Source: an uncultured Oscillospiraceae bacterium (lineage in GTDB: Bacteria > Bacillota > Clostridia > Oscillospirales > Acutalibacteraceae). From it: 64,000 bases of DNA. The DNA lies in the NCBI GenBank assembly GCA_900547305.1, contig URGH01000002.1, positions 8,829-72,828 on the forward strand. Reading direction: 5' to 3'. Under the pieces are notes generated by a model. It was not told the DNA's origin. It made no database searches and saw nothing but the letters and a program-made list of their open reading frames with translations. Positions 1 through 9,023 of the stretch are shown here, piece after piece (position 1 is the first letter of the stretch; each line of letters begins with the position of its first letter). The translations under genes and the position numbers were made by a program.

Positions 1-2144
1 CCGTTTGAGTATGTAACCCGCACAACGCCCTCGGAAAGCACCTTATGCTCGGTAATACAGGCGCCCTCAACCGCTTCCATGGCTTTGGCTGTCTGTTCGT
101 ATACCGAACCGATTTTTTCTTTCCAATCGTCAAAGCAAAGCGAAAAATAATCGCTCATGGCAGTGCCTGTCAGAGAATAATTATCCGCCGCCATAACAAT
201 AAACGAGGGGTACACGCCGTATTCCACCAGCTTTAAAACCGTGCTTTGCGAGCAATAGCCCTGATTTATAAATTCCGAGTAATAATCCACGCTGCCTTTA
301 AGCACCATTTGCAAAAACGGAACGGTGTCGGTTTCAAACTGGTACTGGCTGTTGTTTACGGGAATATTAAAATAATCGTCCGTGTACTGCCAGCAATAAT
401 TATTGGGGTTGTAAAGCGCAACGTTATTATCTGTATTAAGCGCATTTGTAACCGTTTTAAGCGACTGCGTTCTCGTAGAAGCCGCCTTTTTGCTGTAATC
501 GGAATAAAGCGCCGAACCTACGCTGTCATAAGCAAAGCTCCATTCGCCGAATTTGCTCTTTGACAGCTTAAAAACATCGGCTATTCTTGAAATTTTCGCA
601 AAATACTTTGTGGGGTACATCCGGTCCTTATTAGCCGCGGTACGGCTTATAAAGGTCTCGTCTATACCGATCGCCGCGTCTGATGACATATAAATTTGAT
701 TTCCGTTTGCAAGCACCGGATCAAGATACAGATACATTCTCGAACCCATACTGTCCGTTTTATTTTTCAGATTCAAAAGGTTGCCTTTTCCGCCCGTCTG
801 CCGCCCGATTTTCAGCTTTCCGTATTTTGATTTATCGGTAGAGCCGCTCTGCCAGCCCCTGTATACAAGGGTCAGATTGTCAATTCCGTCGCCCGCCAGC
901 GATTCAACGATTTTTAAAGCCTGCCGCGTGGTGGTAAGGGTCTTTACCCTGTTGAAAATAAAGCCCTTTTTCACCGTAGAACCCGCAATTTCCAAACGCA
1001 GAGGCATTTTTTCATCATCCCGCTCCTTACCGAGCGTGCCGTTTTGCAGCAGCTGCTCGCGGTAAAGGTTCGCCATGCCCGAGTAATCGGCGGCAGCGCC
1101 GTTCAAAAAGTAAAAGGTCAGCTTGGGTTCAAGCCTGTTTACATTTTCCTGAACCACGGGTATTCCGCTGCCCGATACCGTCTTGGTATAAAGCTGACGG
1201 TAATTAAACCGAACCGACGCCCAGTTATAATCGGTTACGACCCCAGCGGGAGACGCAGTTACCGAAGCGTATTCCGCGCCCGATTCAACAACCGAAAGAA
1301 AAGCGTTCTGTTCGCTGCCGTGCGCTATACCGAAAACCGGCATTGTAACGGTGTTTGCGTCAACTAAATATTCGTTAATCCTGTTTGCCTGAAGCGTTCC
1401 CGCGGGCGCTAATGAATCAATAGAGCCGTCGACACCGTAAATCTTTTTATCAAAGCCGGTTATATAGCTTGAAGATTTTTTAAAACGCATAAGCGCTCCG
1501 CAGCCGTCGGGAATGAAGATATATCCGTTTATCTCATCCGTATAGCTGCTGCCCAGAAACGGCATAAAGTACAATGCCTTTATTTTTGCGTCGCCGTTTT
1601 CCTGCAGGCTGCCCTTTACCACCTCAAACGATAAAGAGCTGTCGTTAAGCGTTACCCTGAAATCGAAAACTATTCCGAGCTTTTTAGCGTTAAAGGTGCA
1701 TAAAAAGCCGTCGCTTTCCCATTCAAAAAACGATTTTACATCCCTTTCCGAAATGCTCAGGCGCGATTCGGAGCCGTTGGCGTTGTAATATTCAACCGAG
1801 CAGACCGAATTGGCAAAGTTTCTCCAGCCGCTGTTAAGTCCGTTCCCCTTTTCATCGGGAAGAGAACCCCATATATAACCGTTCGCCTTATCTACAATGC
1901 GTATGGAATAAACCGACGGGTTAAACCATATTTCAAGATATTCGCTCTCGCACTTTTTTTCGTAGCCGTCAAGCGACAGTCGGTTTTCCGCCTTAATATT
2001 CTCCGATACCTTTGTATGGCGGTTGGAGCGTATCTCAACAAGGTCAAAGCTGTTTTCGGTTTCCGCCGCCGGTGCGAGCCGTATGCCGCATACCGCGAAT
2101 GAGACCGCAAGCCAAATACTTAATACACGTTTAATGCCCCGCAC
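1..2144 (-). CDS. Large secreted hypothetical protein (possibly carbohydrate-active), 5'-partial: runs off the window start. GTG start at 2144, signal peptide MRGIKRVLSIWLAVSFAVCGIRLAPAAE.
   Basis: Manual reverse-strand translation is open from 2144 to position 1 with no stops. RBS GGGGAGG lies 7 nt upstream of the GTG. The N-terminus is a typical signal peptide. The gene overlaps the stop of the upstream gene by 14 nt. It is missing from the ORF track because it has a GTG start and no stop inside the window. Confidence 0.6.
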   Translation of the reverse strand, partial: MRGIKRVLSIWLAVSFAVCGIRLAPAAETENSFDLVEIRSNRHTKVSENIKAENRLSLDGYEKKCESEYLEIWFNPSVYSIRIVDKANGYIWGSLPDEKGNGLNSGWRNFANSVCSVEYYNANGSESRLSISERDVKSFFEWESDGFLCTFNAKKLGIVFDFRVTLNDSSLSFEVVKGSLQENGDAKIKALYFMPFLGSSYTDEINGYIFIPDGCGALMRFKKSSSYITGFDKKIYGVDGSIDSLAPAGTLQANRINEYLVDANTVTMPVFGIAHGSEQNAFLSVVESGAEYASVTASPAGVVTDYNWASVRFNYRQLYTKTVSGSGIPVVQENVNRLEPKLTFYFLNGAAADYSGMANLYREQLLQNGTLGKERDDEKMPLRLEIAGSTVKKGFIFNRVKTLTTTRQALKIVESLAGDGIDNLTLVYRGWQSGSTDKSKYGKLKIGRQTGGKGNLLNLKNKTDSMGSRMYLYLDPVLANGNQIYMSSDAAIGIDETFISRTAANKDRMYPTKYFAKISRIADVFKLSKSKFGEWSFAYDSVGSALYSDYSKKAASTRTQSLKTVTNALNTDNNVALYNPNNYCWQYTDDYFNIPVNNSQYQFETDTVPFLQMVLKGSVDYYSEFINQGYCSQSTVLKLVEYGVYPSFIVMAADNYSLTGTAMSDYFSLCFDDWKEKIGSVYEQTAKAMEAVEGACITEHKVLSEGVVRVTYSN

Positions 2145-4191
2145 GGTATACGCCCTCCCCGAAAATTTCCTTGATAAACACAACCAGCTGACCGAATAAC
2201 AAATATACAATGCAAACCGCCACAATAACCATAATCATAAAGAAGAAAACAAGAAATATATTCTTCACCGTCTCGCCGAAGCTGTAACGCTGAATATCCT
2301 TAACGCTCATAAAGACAAGGCAGGCAGCCCAGGCTATTACAAACAAACTGCCGAGATTTACAATAAAAGCCTCGTTGAGCGTAAGCCCGTAGCTTAAAAG
2401 CACAATAAACGGAGTAATAATTATATACGGCGCAAACGCATAAGCGGTTGCAACATAAATTTGCTTAAAGCTGCCCTCGCCCTCGTTTATGGTTCCTATC
2501 ATGTAATTTCCCGCAAGCCAAAGCAGCAGCGGAACCCAAAACATTATAAGCACCGAAACGGGGTTTGTTGTGCTGAGCTTCAGCACCCCGAAAAGATACC
2601 CCCTGCCGAGAACATCAAGCAGATACACGCCGAAAAACAGAAAGTATATAACCGTTGCGGTCATAACCGAGCCGTGCTCGCCGCGGCGCAGGTAATAGTA
2701 GCCGTCTATCGGGTGCCTGAGCATGGTTTTAATATACGCCGTTTCCTTTAAAAACCGTTTTGCTCCCGAAACGGGTTTTTCCGCCGCCCTGTTTTTATGC
2801 TTTTTCCGAAAAACGGAACGGATAATAAGCAAAGCTGCTATAAGAATAACGCATAAAAATATATAGCCTATATTACGGTTAAGCCACTCGTTGCGAAGCT
2901 CCCAAAATGCGTCGGAGTAGTATTCGGTGTTATTCGCGATTTTAAAATGCTCCAGCGCCGCTTTGTACTTCTGCTGGTAAAAAAGAGCCTTGCCGTAGCC
3001 CATATGAGCTATCTGCGACATTCCGTTCAGCCTTAAAAGCCCCGCCCATATTTCCTCGCTGCTTTCATAATCGCCCTTGTCAAGCGCCGCTACCGCGCTG
3101 TGGGTAAGGTTTGCAAAGTCGGTCGGGTAAAATACCTGAACCAGCGCCCTATCCTGGTCAAGCACATATAAAATTCCGCTTTCGTCGTCAACATCTATCG
3201 CAACCGCGTTGGTAAAAATTCCGTTGCGGTCGTCGTCATAAGCGCGCCCGCCGAAAGTGAACACAAGATTTCCCTGGCTGTCGTACTCGTTTATAATTCC
3301 CGTTTGGGTCACCGCAAAAACATTTCCGTATGGTCCCGCCGCCACATCGGTAAAATTCCATTCCTCTTTCATTTTGCCGCTTTCGGCAAATATGTTAAGC
3401 CCCGCCATGTTGTGCATTTTAAGGGTATCGTCCGATGTGGAGGCATATGTTATGCCCTGCATGTCGTCGCTTCTGGTAACGCTGAATATCAAGTCTTTCT
3501 GCGAAACGTCAATGTTATTTACCGGGCGCGGGGTGCGCACCATAAGCGTTTCCTTTTGCCTTGCGTTGTAAATAAGCTCCTGAAAACGCTCGGTCATGGT
3601 CATTTTGTATTTATTTGCGGCAAAGTACCCGAAAAATTTGCCCTTTGAGTTAAACTGCATAATTCCCTCGTAGGCGCCGTCACCCACAACAAAAATGTTC
3701 CCGACAGAGGAAACTGCAACCGCGCAGGGGGAATAAAGACTTGTTTTGCTGAACAAATAGCTTTCAGGTCTGCCTATTGTCATTTTAAGCCTATGCGAAG
3801 CGTCGTACACAAAAACCGCCTGCGCCTGCGGGTCGGCTGCGTAAACCGTTCCGTCGTCCGTAACAAAAAGTCCGTCGGGCGCTATAAGCTCATCGCCGCC
3901 GAAAAATTCGGTTTCGGAGCTTGCAATATCGTAAACCGCAATGCGGGCGTTGCCGCTGTCGGATATATACAGCTTTCCGTTTTTATAAAAAACATCGCCC
4001 GGCTGCGAAAGTCCCGTTCCCTTTGCGTATACCGCCGCTGGTATATAAGCGTCCTGGGTTTTTACCCACTCGCCGTCAACCGAAACCGTGTAGGTGTATG
4101 TGGTGTTATCGGAAGCATATACGTTAAAACCGCCCGAAATAACGGCGAGAACCGCCGAAATAACACAAAGGCGTTTCAGTATTTTGCGCAT
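2131..4191 (-). CDS. Membrane protein: signal peptide, NHL-repeat beta-propeller ectodomain, TPR-like segment, C-terminal Yip1-like multi-TM domain.
   Basis: 686-aa ORF with GGAGG RBS. Repeated DG..YV.D and NHL-like blades. The C-terminal 250 aa has 5-6 hydrophobic helices resembling Yip1/DUF1282. Confidence 0.6.
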   Translation of the reverse strand: MRKILKRLCVISAVLAVISGGFNVYASDNTTYTYTVSVDGEWVKTQDAYIPAAVYAKGTGLSQPGDVFYKNGKLYISDSGNARIAVYDIASSETEFFGGDELIAPDGLFVTDDGTVYAADPQAQAVFVYDASHRLKMTIGRPESYLFSKTSLYSPCAVAVSSVGNIFVVGDGAYEGIMQFNSKGKFFGYFAANKYKMTMTERFQELIYNARQKETLMVRTPRPVNNIDVSQKDLIFSVTRSDDMQGITYASTSDDTLKMHNMAGLNIFAESGKMKEEWNFTDVAAGPYGNVFAVTQTGIINEYDSQGNLVFTFGGRAYDDDRNGIFTNAVAIDVDDESGILYVLDQDRALVQVFYPTDFANLTHSAVAALDKGDYESSEEIWAGLLRLNGMSQIAHMGYGKALFYQQKYKAALEHFKIANNTEYYSDAFWELRNEWLNRNIGYIFLCVILIAALLIIRSVFRKKHKNRAAEKPVSGAKRFLKETAYIKTMLRHPIDGYYYLRRGEHGSVMTATVIYFLFFGVYLLDVLGRGYLFGVLKLSTTNPVSVLIMFWVPLLLWLAGNYMIGTINEGEGSFKQIYVATAYAFAPYIIITPFIVLLSYGLTLNEAFIVNLGSLFVIAWAACLVFMSVKDIQRYSFGETVKNIFLVFFFMIMVIVAVCIVYLLFGQLVVFIKEIFGEGVYRAGH

Positions 4192-4202
4192 TTATATACC
4201 TC

Positions 4203-5093
4203 CTACTTAATTCCGGAATGCATCATGGTATTCATAACACGGGACTGCATAATAATAAAAATAATCAAATTCGGCAAAAACAGTATAAGCGTTGCGGCGG
4301 CAGCCATACCCACGCCCGCAATTCCGCCCGCCGAGCCCGTAAGCGAGCTTATGTAAAACGGAAAGGTTTTCAGCGCCTCGTTATCTATATAAAGGGTTGA
4401 AGCCTCGGTTGCGCCCCATGCCGCCTGAAATGTGGTAATAGCCACGGTTGCAATTGCCGGGTTTACAAGCGGGAATACTATTTTCCGAATAATCGTATAG
4501 TCGGTAGCCCCGTCGATTACGGCTGCCTCTATAAGCGCGTCGGGCATTTGGTCTATATTCTGCTTTATAAGAAAAACGCCGGTTGGAGCCACAAGAAGAG
4601 GAATAATGTTGGAGAAGAAATTATCCTGAAGCCCCGTATAAATAATTACAAAATATCTTGGAATGGCAACCGCGGCGGACGCGAACATCATACCGAGGGT
4701 GTTTATTGTAAAGAGCAGCTTTTTACTTCTGAAATTCTTTTTTGAAAGCACATAGCCCGTGCAAACCGAAATAACCACCGTTAAAATAACGACCGCGGCG
4801 GTTGAAATTACGCTGTTAAACAAATACCTTGCCGCGGGCACGTCGGTATCGGCCGCCATTGCGAAAAGATCGCTGAAATTCTCCCATGTAGGGTTTTTAA
4901 CGTAAAATCTCGGCGGGTATGCAAACAGCTCGTCAATCGGTTTAAAGGCGTTAAAGAAGATAAAAACCAGCGGAAGAGCCATAACAAAGCATATGGGAGC
5001 CAAAATCAGAATGAATTTTATCTGACTGCGCGAAAAATGCTCGGGATTGATTCCGCCCGATTGGAGCGCGGTCTTCTTTTTTCGTTTTGACAT
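4203..5093 (-). CDS. Carbohydrate ABC transporter permease (MalG/LplC-like)
   Basis: 296 aa with 6 TM segments. EAA-loop motif IDGATDYTIIRKIVFPL. Confidence 0.9.
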   Translation of the reverse strand: MSKRKKKTALQSGGINPEHFSRSQIKFILILAPICFVMALPLVFIFFNAFKPIDELFAYPPRFYVKNPTWENFSDLFAMAADTDVPAARYLFNSVISTAAVVILTVVISVCTGYVLSKKNFRSKKLLFTINTLGMMFASAAVAIPRYFVIIYTGLQDNFFSNIIPLLVAPTGVFLIKQNIDQMPDALIEAAVIDGATDYTIIRKIVFPLVNPAIATVAITTFQAAWGATEASTLYIDNEALKTFPFYISSLTGSAGGIAGVGMAAAATLILFLPNLIIFIIMQSRVMNTMMHSGIK

Positions 5094-5117
5094 AATCTAT
5101 CCACACTTCCTTTCGGG

Positions 5118-6008
5118 TCAGTCATCGCTCGAAAACAGCTTTTTGGCACCCTCGGACATTGCGTATACAAATATGAGCATAACAACCGAAATTGCCGCCG
5201 AATAACCCATTTCGTACCTCAGAAATCCAAAGTCCTCAATATGCGTGCCTATGAGCTGACCGGAGTAGTTGGGGGTCGGGTTTGCGCCCGAAAGGGTCGT
5301 TCCCACGCCGCCCGCCTGAAACGTGCCAACTATTGCCATGATGGCGCCGAAAAGCATTTGCGGCTTTGCAAGCGGAATGGTTATATAAATAATTTCCTGA
5401 AAACGGTTTTTAATTCCGTCAATATAACCCGCTTCGTACAGCTCGGTATTACCGTTGGTAATACCCGAAAGCATTGCAAGAAAGCCTATGCCCATGCTGC
5501 TCCAAAGGGTTACTATTATCATAATCGGCAATAAATATTTATCCGATTGAGCCCAGGCGACCGGCTGCTCTATAAAGCCGAGCTTTAAAAGCAGAGCGTT
5601 TAAGTAGCCGCTCTTATCGCCGTTGAATATTACCGTCCAAATAGTCGCAAGCATAACGCCGCCCGTCATTGAGGGCGCATAGATTATAATTGTTAAAAAC
5701 GTTCTTACAGGCCGCGTAAGCTGCGCCAGCATCCATGCAAGCAAAAAGGAAAGTATGTATCCCCCGATACCCGTAAATACGGCGTACACTACGGTGTTTG
5801 GCAAAACCTTTTGCATGAAAACCGAATCGTTGGTAAAAAGTGAAATATAGTTTTTCGCGCCTACAAAATCGGGGAACTGAATTGTGTTAAAATCGGTAAA
5901 GGAAAGCGCGATAGCCGCAACCGTGGGAAGAATTATAAACAGTACAAACAACAGCGCATAAGGAAAAAGCAAAACGAATACCGAATGTTTGTTTAAAAAT
6001 TTCTTCAT
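5118..6008 (-). CDS. Carbohydrate ABC transporter permease (MalF/LplB-like)
   Basis: 296 aa multi-TM. LplB-like N-terminus. RBS GGGGGAG before ATG. Confidence 0.9.
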   Translation of the reverse strand: MKKFLNKHSVFVLLFPYALLFVLFIILPTVAAIALSFTDFNTIQFPDFVGAKNYISLFTNDSVFMQKVLPNTVVYAVFTGIGGYILSFLLAWMLAQLTRPVRTFLTIIIYAPSMTGGVMLATIWTVIFNGDKSGYLNALLLKLGFIEQPVAWAQSDKYLLPIMIIVTLWSSMGIGFLAMLSGITNGNTELYEAGYIDGIKNRFQEIIYITIPLAKPQMLFGAIMAIVGTFQAGGVGTTLSGANPTPNYSGQLIGTHIEDFGFLRYEMGYSAAISVVMLIFVYAMSEGAKKLFSSDD

Positions 6009-8890
6009 TGCTTCTCCCCCTCGCTTTTCAGCAGCTTTACAAGGTCTGCGTATGTCATTACCGAATATTCCTTAACCGGGTTTCCCTGCGAATCGCAGAA
6101 GCCGAATTCCTGCATTTTACGCTTTATTTCGCGGTTGGAAAGTATCGCGGCGGAGTCTATGGACTCAACAAGCCCCTTTCCGTTTACAACAACATTGTTC
6201 CAAATGTTGCTTGTTTCCCGCTGAACCATATAAGAGGCGGCGTGCGGCGCGATTTCCTTTTGCGCTTCCCACTGGTTAAGAATTACCTGCTTGTGCTTTT
6301 CGGAATACGGCAGACTTTTAAACGCAACCAAATTTGCCGTGTTCCAGCGGTATTCGTTTCCGAGCGAGCTTTGCAGCAGCGTAGCGTAGCTTAGCTGAGT
6401 TTCCGAGGAAAGCCACCATTTCAAAAAGCTGTACGCCTCGTCGGGTTTATCGGTATCTTCAAGTATCATGCAGGCGGTTGAGTCCGCTATTTGGTACCTG
6501 AGCACCGAGCCGTCTGCCTGTTTTTCACCAGGCACCAAAGCCACATCCCAGTTTTCCGCAAGCTCGGGCGCTGCCAGTTCAAGCTGCAAATATGTTGAAA
6601 AGCCGCTTATTCCCAGCGGAATTTCACCGTAACGGAAGCTGTTGTAAAAATTCGCAACCGAATTTGAAACGCTGTAAATATTGTAAATATCGGTCATCTG
6701 CTCAAACGCGGTAACGGCGTTAAGCGAATCAAAAGCGACTTTCATCCCGTCCTTTTCGTAAAAATCGGCGTTGTGCTGATAAAGGAAAGGTCCCGTTACC
6801 GCCATTGATTTCATAGCGCCCGACGCCGAAAGCGGAAGATAAAAGTTCATATTGTACCGCAGCAAAAGCGGCATTAATGCCTTTACGTCGTCCCATGTTT
6901 CGGGAACATCCAGCCCCAGCGTATTAAGAATATCCTTTCTGTAATAAAGAATATTGAAATCCTGCGATTCGGTAGCGCCGTAAACCCCGTTTCCGTAGCA
7001 CATGGGCACCAGCGCTTCAAGATTGTACTCTTTATTGTAGAAATCCAGGAAACCGTCGTATTCAAGAAGATTTTTTGCCGCGCCCCTTATTGCAAGATTA
7101 AACGGCGTGCCGTAGCCCACGCCCAGCACTACGTCGGGATTGGTGCCTGCCGCGTTCGCAAGAACGAGCTTTTGCTCCCCTGTCATTACCGAAATTTCAA
7201 TATTTGTTCCGTGTTCGGAATTGTATTTTTCGTCTACCAGCTGCTGCAGGGTCTGAACATAGGGTATGGAGCTTTGCATCCACACCTTAAGCTCGCTGCT
7301 TTTTTTGTTTTCGGTTTTATTACCGAACGATTTAATAAAGCGCTTGAGCCCCTCTGTAAGCGATGTCCAAAATGTGACCCTCGCGGGCGGAAGCTCCGTT
7401 TCGCCGCCTATGTAAATTCTGTCAAGCGCAACCGACTGGTTAACCATTTTTCCTATTACGGTTCCGAGGTACTTGCTCACCGAGCTGTCGCCCATGCTTA
7501 TATCGGCGGCCTTATTCGGAATAGTGCGCGAATCCTTTGCTATTTTTTCAAGAAGCCCCGCGGCATATAAAAGGTCGTTCGCCCACACAGGCTCCTTGCC
7601 GCCGAGCTTTGCAAGCTCCTTATAAAACGCGTTCGCGCGCTCCGCATAGGATTTAAGGTCGGAAACCGCGTCAGGGAAATACGCCTCGGTATCCCATGTG
7701 CGGTTTTTATCAACCGAGGATGACGCCAGCTTATTTATATCCATGCCGAACCGATTTACGTCTTCCATAAGCGCGAGTATTCCGCTGTATATCTCCGCTA
7801 AGGGACCCATTGTAACGCACAGAGAAACAGTGTGGCTGCCCGCTTTCAGATAAATATAAGCGGGCTTGCCGTCTGCCTTTAATGTGAAATTTGAATATGT
7901 ATTTGACTTTGTTTGCGGGAACTCTATGCCGTTCATTTCCTCAAACAGCGCCTTGCCGTCTATTTCCATATTCCTGTAAACCGGCATATTCGTAGACGCG
8001 TTTTGCTTATACCTGAACGAAACGGCGTAAAGTCCGTCGCTCGGCGCCTCAAATTCCCAAACCGCCTTTTGCCCTACGCTCGACCAATCCTCGGAAAGAA
8101 TGTTTATGCGGCTGCAGTAGGTTTCGTAAGGATAAAGCGCCGCGTTTTTGACAGACGCGCCGCGTACCGACGAATCGTTTTTCACTGCGTAGCGCTCACC
8201 CTCTACCGCTATCGGTTCGGCGTAAAATTTTCCCTTTACTGACTCACTGTACTGCGCATAAGACGGCAAAGCACGCGGCTTGGCAATATAAAAGGCTCTG
8301 ACGTATATACTCTGAACATTGTTTTTAACCGTTACCCTGTGCCGCCCCGCTTCAAGCTCCAAAGAAATTGCAGAGCGGTTTAAATCGGTATAATTTTCAA
8401 AAGCGGCAATAACCCACTCCTCTATCGGCGTTTGGGCTGCCGGCAGCTCGTTTCCGTCGCGGTCCAGCGCGTACTGTTCCTCTTTATCCCTGCGCAAAAC
8501 GGGCAGCAGACTCGTAAAATCTTCTCCGTCAACCGTAAGCGCAAACAGGCTGTTGGTCATTTTATCGTCGGTAATCTTATATTCGCAGGCAATTTGGTAT
8601 GTACCCTTTTCTTCCGCTGTAAACTCAAAGGTCAGGGCGTCGTTTTCCTTAAAAAGAAAGTCACTGCTGCCCGCTGTGCCGTTAAGGGCGACATTTTCCG
8701 AAGAAACCGAAATACCGCTTTTAAAGTTTTCGGAATCGCTGTAATTTTTAACCGCCAATCCCGAATAGCTTGTCGGTCTTTTCAGCGTTTTATCGGTATT
8801 AACCGCCTTTGCCGAGGGCGTTACGGCGCAAACAGCCGCCAAAACCGACGCCAACACAGCCGAAACGGCGCTTTTAAAATGCCTGACCAT
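6005..8890 (-). CDS. Extracellular solute-binding protein (family 1, LplA-like) fused to an N-terminal ~400-aa tandem beta-sandwich (CBM-like) duplication
   Basis: 961 aa. Signal peptide. Two internally similar ~150-aa modules (FEFTAEEKGTYQIACEYK...AGRHRVTV and WEFEAPSDGLYAVSFRYK...AGSHTVSL). They are followed by a ~550-aa SBP_bac_1-like region. GGAGG RBS. Confidence 0.8.
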   Translation of the reverse strand: MVRHFKSAVSAVLASVLAAVCAVTPSAKAVNTDKTLKRPTSYSGLAVKNYSDSENFKSGISVSSENVALNGTAGSSDFLFKENDALTFEFTAEEKGTYQIACEYKITDDKMTNSLFALTVDGEDFTSLLPVLRRDKEEQYALDRDGNELPAAQTPIEEWVIAAFENYTDLNRSAISLELEAGRHRVTVKNNVQSIYVRAFYIAKPRALPSYAQYSESVKGKFYAEPIAVEGERYAVKNDSSVRGASVKNAALYPYETYCSRINILSEDWSSVGQKAVWEFEAPSDGLYAVSFRYKQNASTNMPVYRNMEIDGKALFEEMNGIEFPQTKSNTYSNFTLKADGKPAYIYLKAGSHTVSLCVTMGPLAEIYSGILALMEDVNRFGMDINKLASSSVDKNRTWDTEAYFPDAVSDLKSYAERANAFYKELAKLGGKEPVWANDLLYAAGLLEKIAKDSRTIPNKAADISMGDSSVSKYLGTVIGKMVNQSVALDRIYIGGETELPPARVTFWTSLTEGLKRFIKSFGNKTENKKSSELKVWMQSSIPYVQTLQQLVDEKYNSEHGTNIEISVMTGEQKLVLANAAGTNPDVVLGVGYGTPFNLAIRGAAKNLLEYDGFLDFYNKEYNLEALVPMCYGNGVYGATESQDFNILYYRKDILNTLGLDVPETWDDVKALMPLLLRYNMNFYLPLSASGAMKSMAVTGPFLYQHNADFYEKDGMKVAFDSLNAVTAFEQMTDIYNIYSVSNSVANFYNSFRYGEIPLGISGFSTYLQLELAAPELAENWDVALVPGEKQADGSVLRYQIADSTACMILEDTDKPDEAYSFLKWWLSSETQLSYATLLQSSLGNEYRWNTANLVAFKSLPYSEKHKQVILNQWEAQKEIAPHAASYMVQRETSNIWNNVVVNGKGLVESIDSAAILSNREIKRKMQEFGFCDSQGNPVKEYSVMTYADLVKLLKSEGEKQ

Positions 8891-8934
8891 ATTTCATCCT
8901 CCAATTCAAGCCTTTAAAATACGTCCGGCAAAAC

Positions 8935-9020
8935 ATGACAGCGAAATTTTCCCTCTCATGCTTTGCCCGGCGGGCGTTTCTCGCACCTCGGGTGCGGGAA
9001 ACGCCGCTTTTAAGGCGTGT
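8935..9020 (-). promoter_or_regulatory. Strong GC-rich stem-loop between the two solute-binding-protein genes. Possible partial terminator or mRNA-stabilising hairpin.
   Basis: GGCGTTTCTCGCAC/GTGCGGGAAACGCC inverted repeat with a single mismatch. Confidence 0.3.
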
Positions 9021-9023
9021 TAT

